DNA of 64,000 bases from Vezdaea acicularis. Its lineage: Eukaryota. The stretch is from contig JAPEUI010000003.1 in NCBI GenBank assembly GCA_026025075.1, positions 186,001 to 250,000 of the forward strand, in the 5' to 3' direction. This document shows positions 62,938 through 64,000 of this stretch, piece after piece. Under the pieces are notes generated by a model. It worked only from the letters and a program-made list of their open reading frames with translations, was not told where the DNA came from and ran no database searches. Numbering within the stretch: position 1 is the stretch's first letter; each line of letters starts with the position of its first letter. The position numbers and the translations under genes are program-made.

Positions 62938-64000
62938 TCACGTGCTCCCAGGCCCTCCTAACAAAGCAAACCTCCTCACAATACTTGGCCCAATCTCATC
63001 GTACTCCGCTTTCGTGTGGCAATAGCTCCTGAACTCAGGCGTCCGGCCCAGAAGACTACCACCGAACCATGGTCCATGCCTTTGTCGCTTATGCGTAATA
63101 ACTTGTACTTCTAAACCACCCGATTTAGCACCGCCGCTTTTCAGCTCAGAAGCCCGAATACGAGCATCAACAAGATGTTTGATGTCTCTCTGCAACCGCC
63201 GTCCAAAATCTTTATATAAAGTTGAGCCGCCGGATAGGACAATGTTCTTGTAGAGACCTCTCCTTACATCGATTGGCGATGATTGTATGACACCGTCCAC
63301 AATAGTCGGGAGAGGGGTTAGGAAATCGGAGGAATAAATCTCTGGGTTGAAAAAGATCTCTGGTGCGAGAAAACGCTCATAGCCAACATCGACATTGACG
63401 GTACGCCCATTAGGATATTTTACTTCACATTTGCTGAAACGCTCGGGCTCTCGGTCGAACCGTCGGAATTCGGACACCATGTCAGGGCAAACATAGCAGT
63501 ACTCTTCTTTAATACGCTGAGCAGTTGCCAAACTGCTATCTGGCTCCCCTCTGTCTCGAAGTAATGACTGAACGAACTGGGTGATGTTCCGGCCTGCAAT
63601 TGGAATTGATTTTATTGATGACCCGATAACGTAGCCCTCTGCTACTGGTATGACGTGAGTGACACCATCACCAGAGTCAATGACAGTCCCTGTTAGTGAT
63701 CGGTCTAATACTTTCGAAGATGTCCATGAAGCAGCGAGAGCAAGCACAGCTTGAACCGCTATATAAAGACCTGCGCAATTGAAAGATTCAAACATAATTT
63801 CTGCGGTGTTTTCACGATTTTCGGGTGGATTAAGAGGCTAGAATGTGTCAGTAAGTGTGCAAAAACGTAGGCGGTGTAGCATACTGGCTCTGTCAGAAGA
63901 AAGTAGTGATTTTCTGGCTCGACACGCAGATACTTAAAGATGGAATTTGACCAAAATCGTTCCATTTGGTCCTAACAGAGTCAGCCCAAGGCATCATCAA
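62938..64000 (-). CDS. ARP3: Actin-related protein 3 (5' part lies outside the window)
   Basis: [55 protein letters not shown] and [16 protein letters not shown]. Confidence 0.96.

Overview
Eukaryotic, intron-containing DNA from a filamentous ascomycete (Pezizomycotina-type short GT-AG introns with CTAAC/CTGAC branch points). It is a gene-dense housekeeping region with about 26 protein-coding genes: prolyl-tRNA synthetase, an F-box/WD/UIM protein, RKI1, a DNAJC8/Spf31-like J-protein, a Zn2Cys6 factor, peroxisomal Lon, DBP10, RFA2, a DUF202 protein, an SH3 membrane protein, MDV1, BCP1, ARO7, GUA1, an AT-hook protein, VPS11, MRE11, a Nrc-2/Fpk1 kinase, DAD3, MRPS5, TRM2, ARP3 (partial) and several orphans. 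No transposon, rRNA, CRISPR array or canonical tRNA was recognised. The most striking unexplained element is a ~235-nt intergenic locus (9738-9984). It has a Pol III-type gene layout (TATA at -30, A-box, B-box-like motifs, oligo-T terminator) and folds by eye into a long multi-helix RNA that I cannot match to any ncRNA I recognise. Also notable are an 8-exon ~1040-aa orphan carrying eIF4E-binding-like and PAM2-like motifs plus a 3x29-aa repeat, a 13x19-bp higher-order minisatellite just downstream of MRE11, and a mitochondrial-presequence-like extension on ribose-5-phosphate isomerase. All gene models were assembled by eye and no database searches were run.
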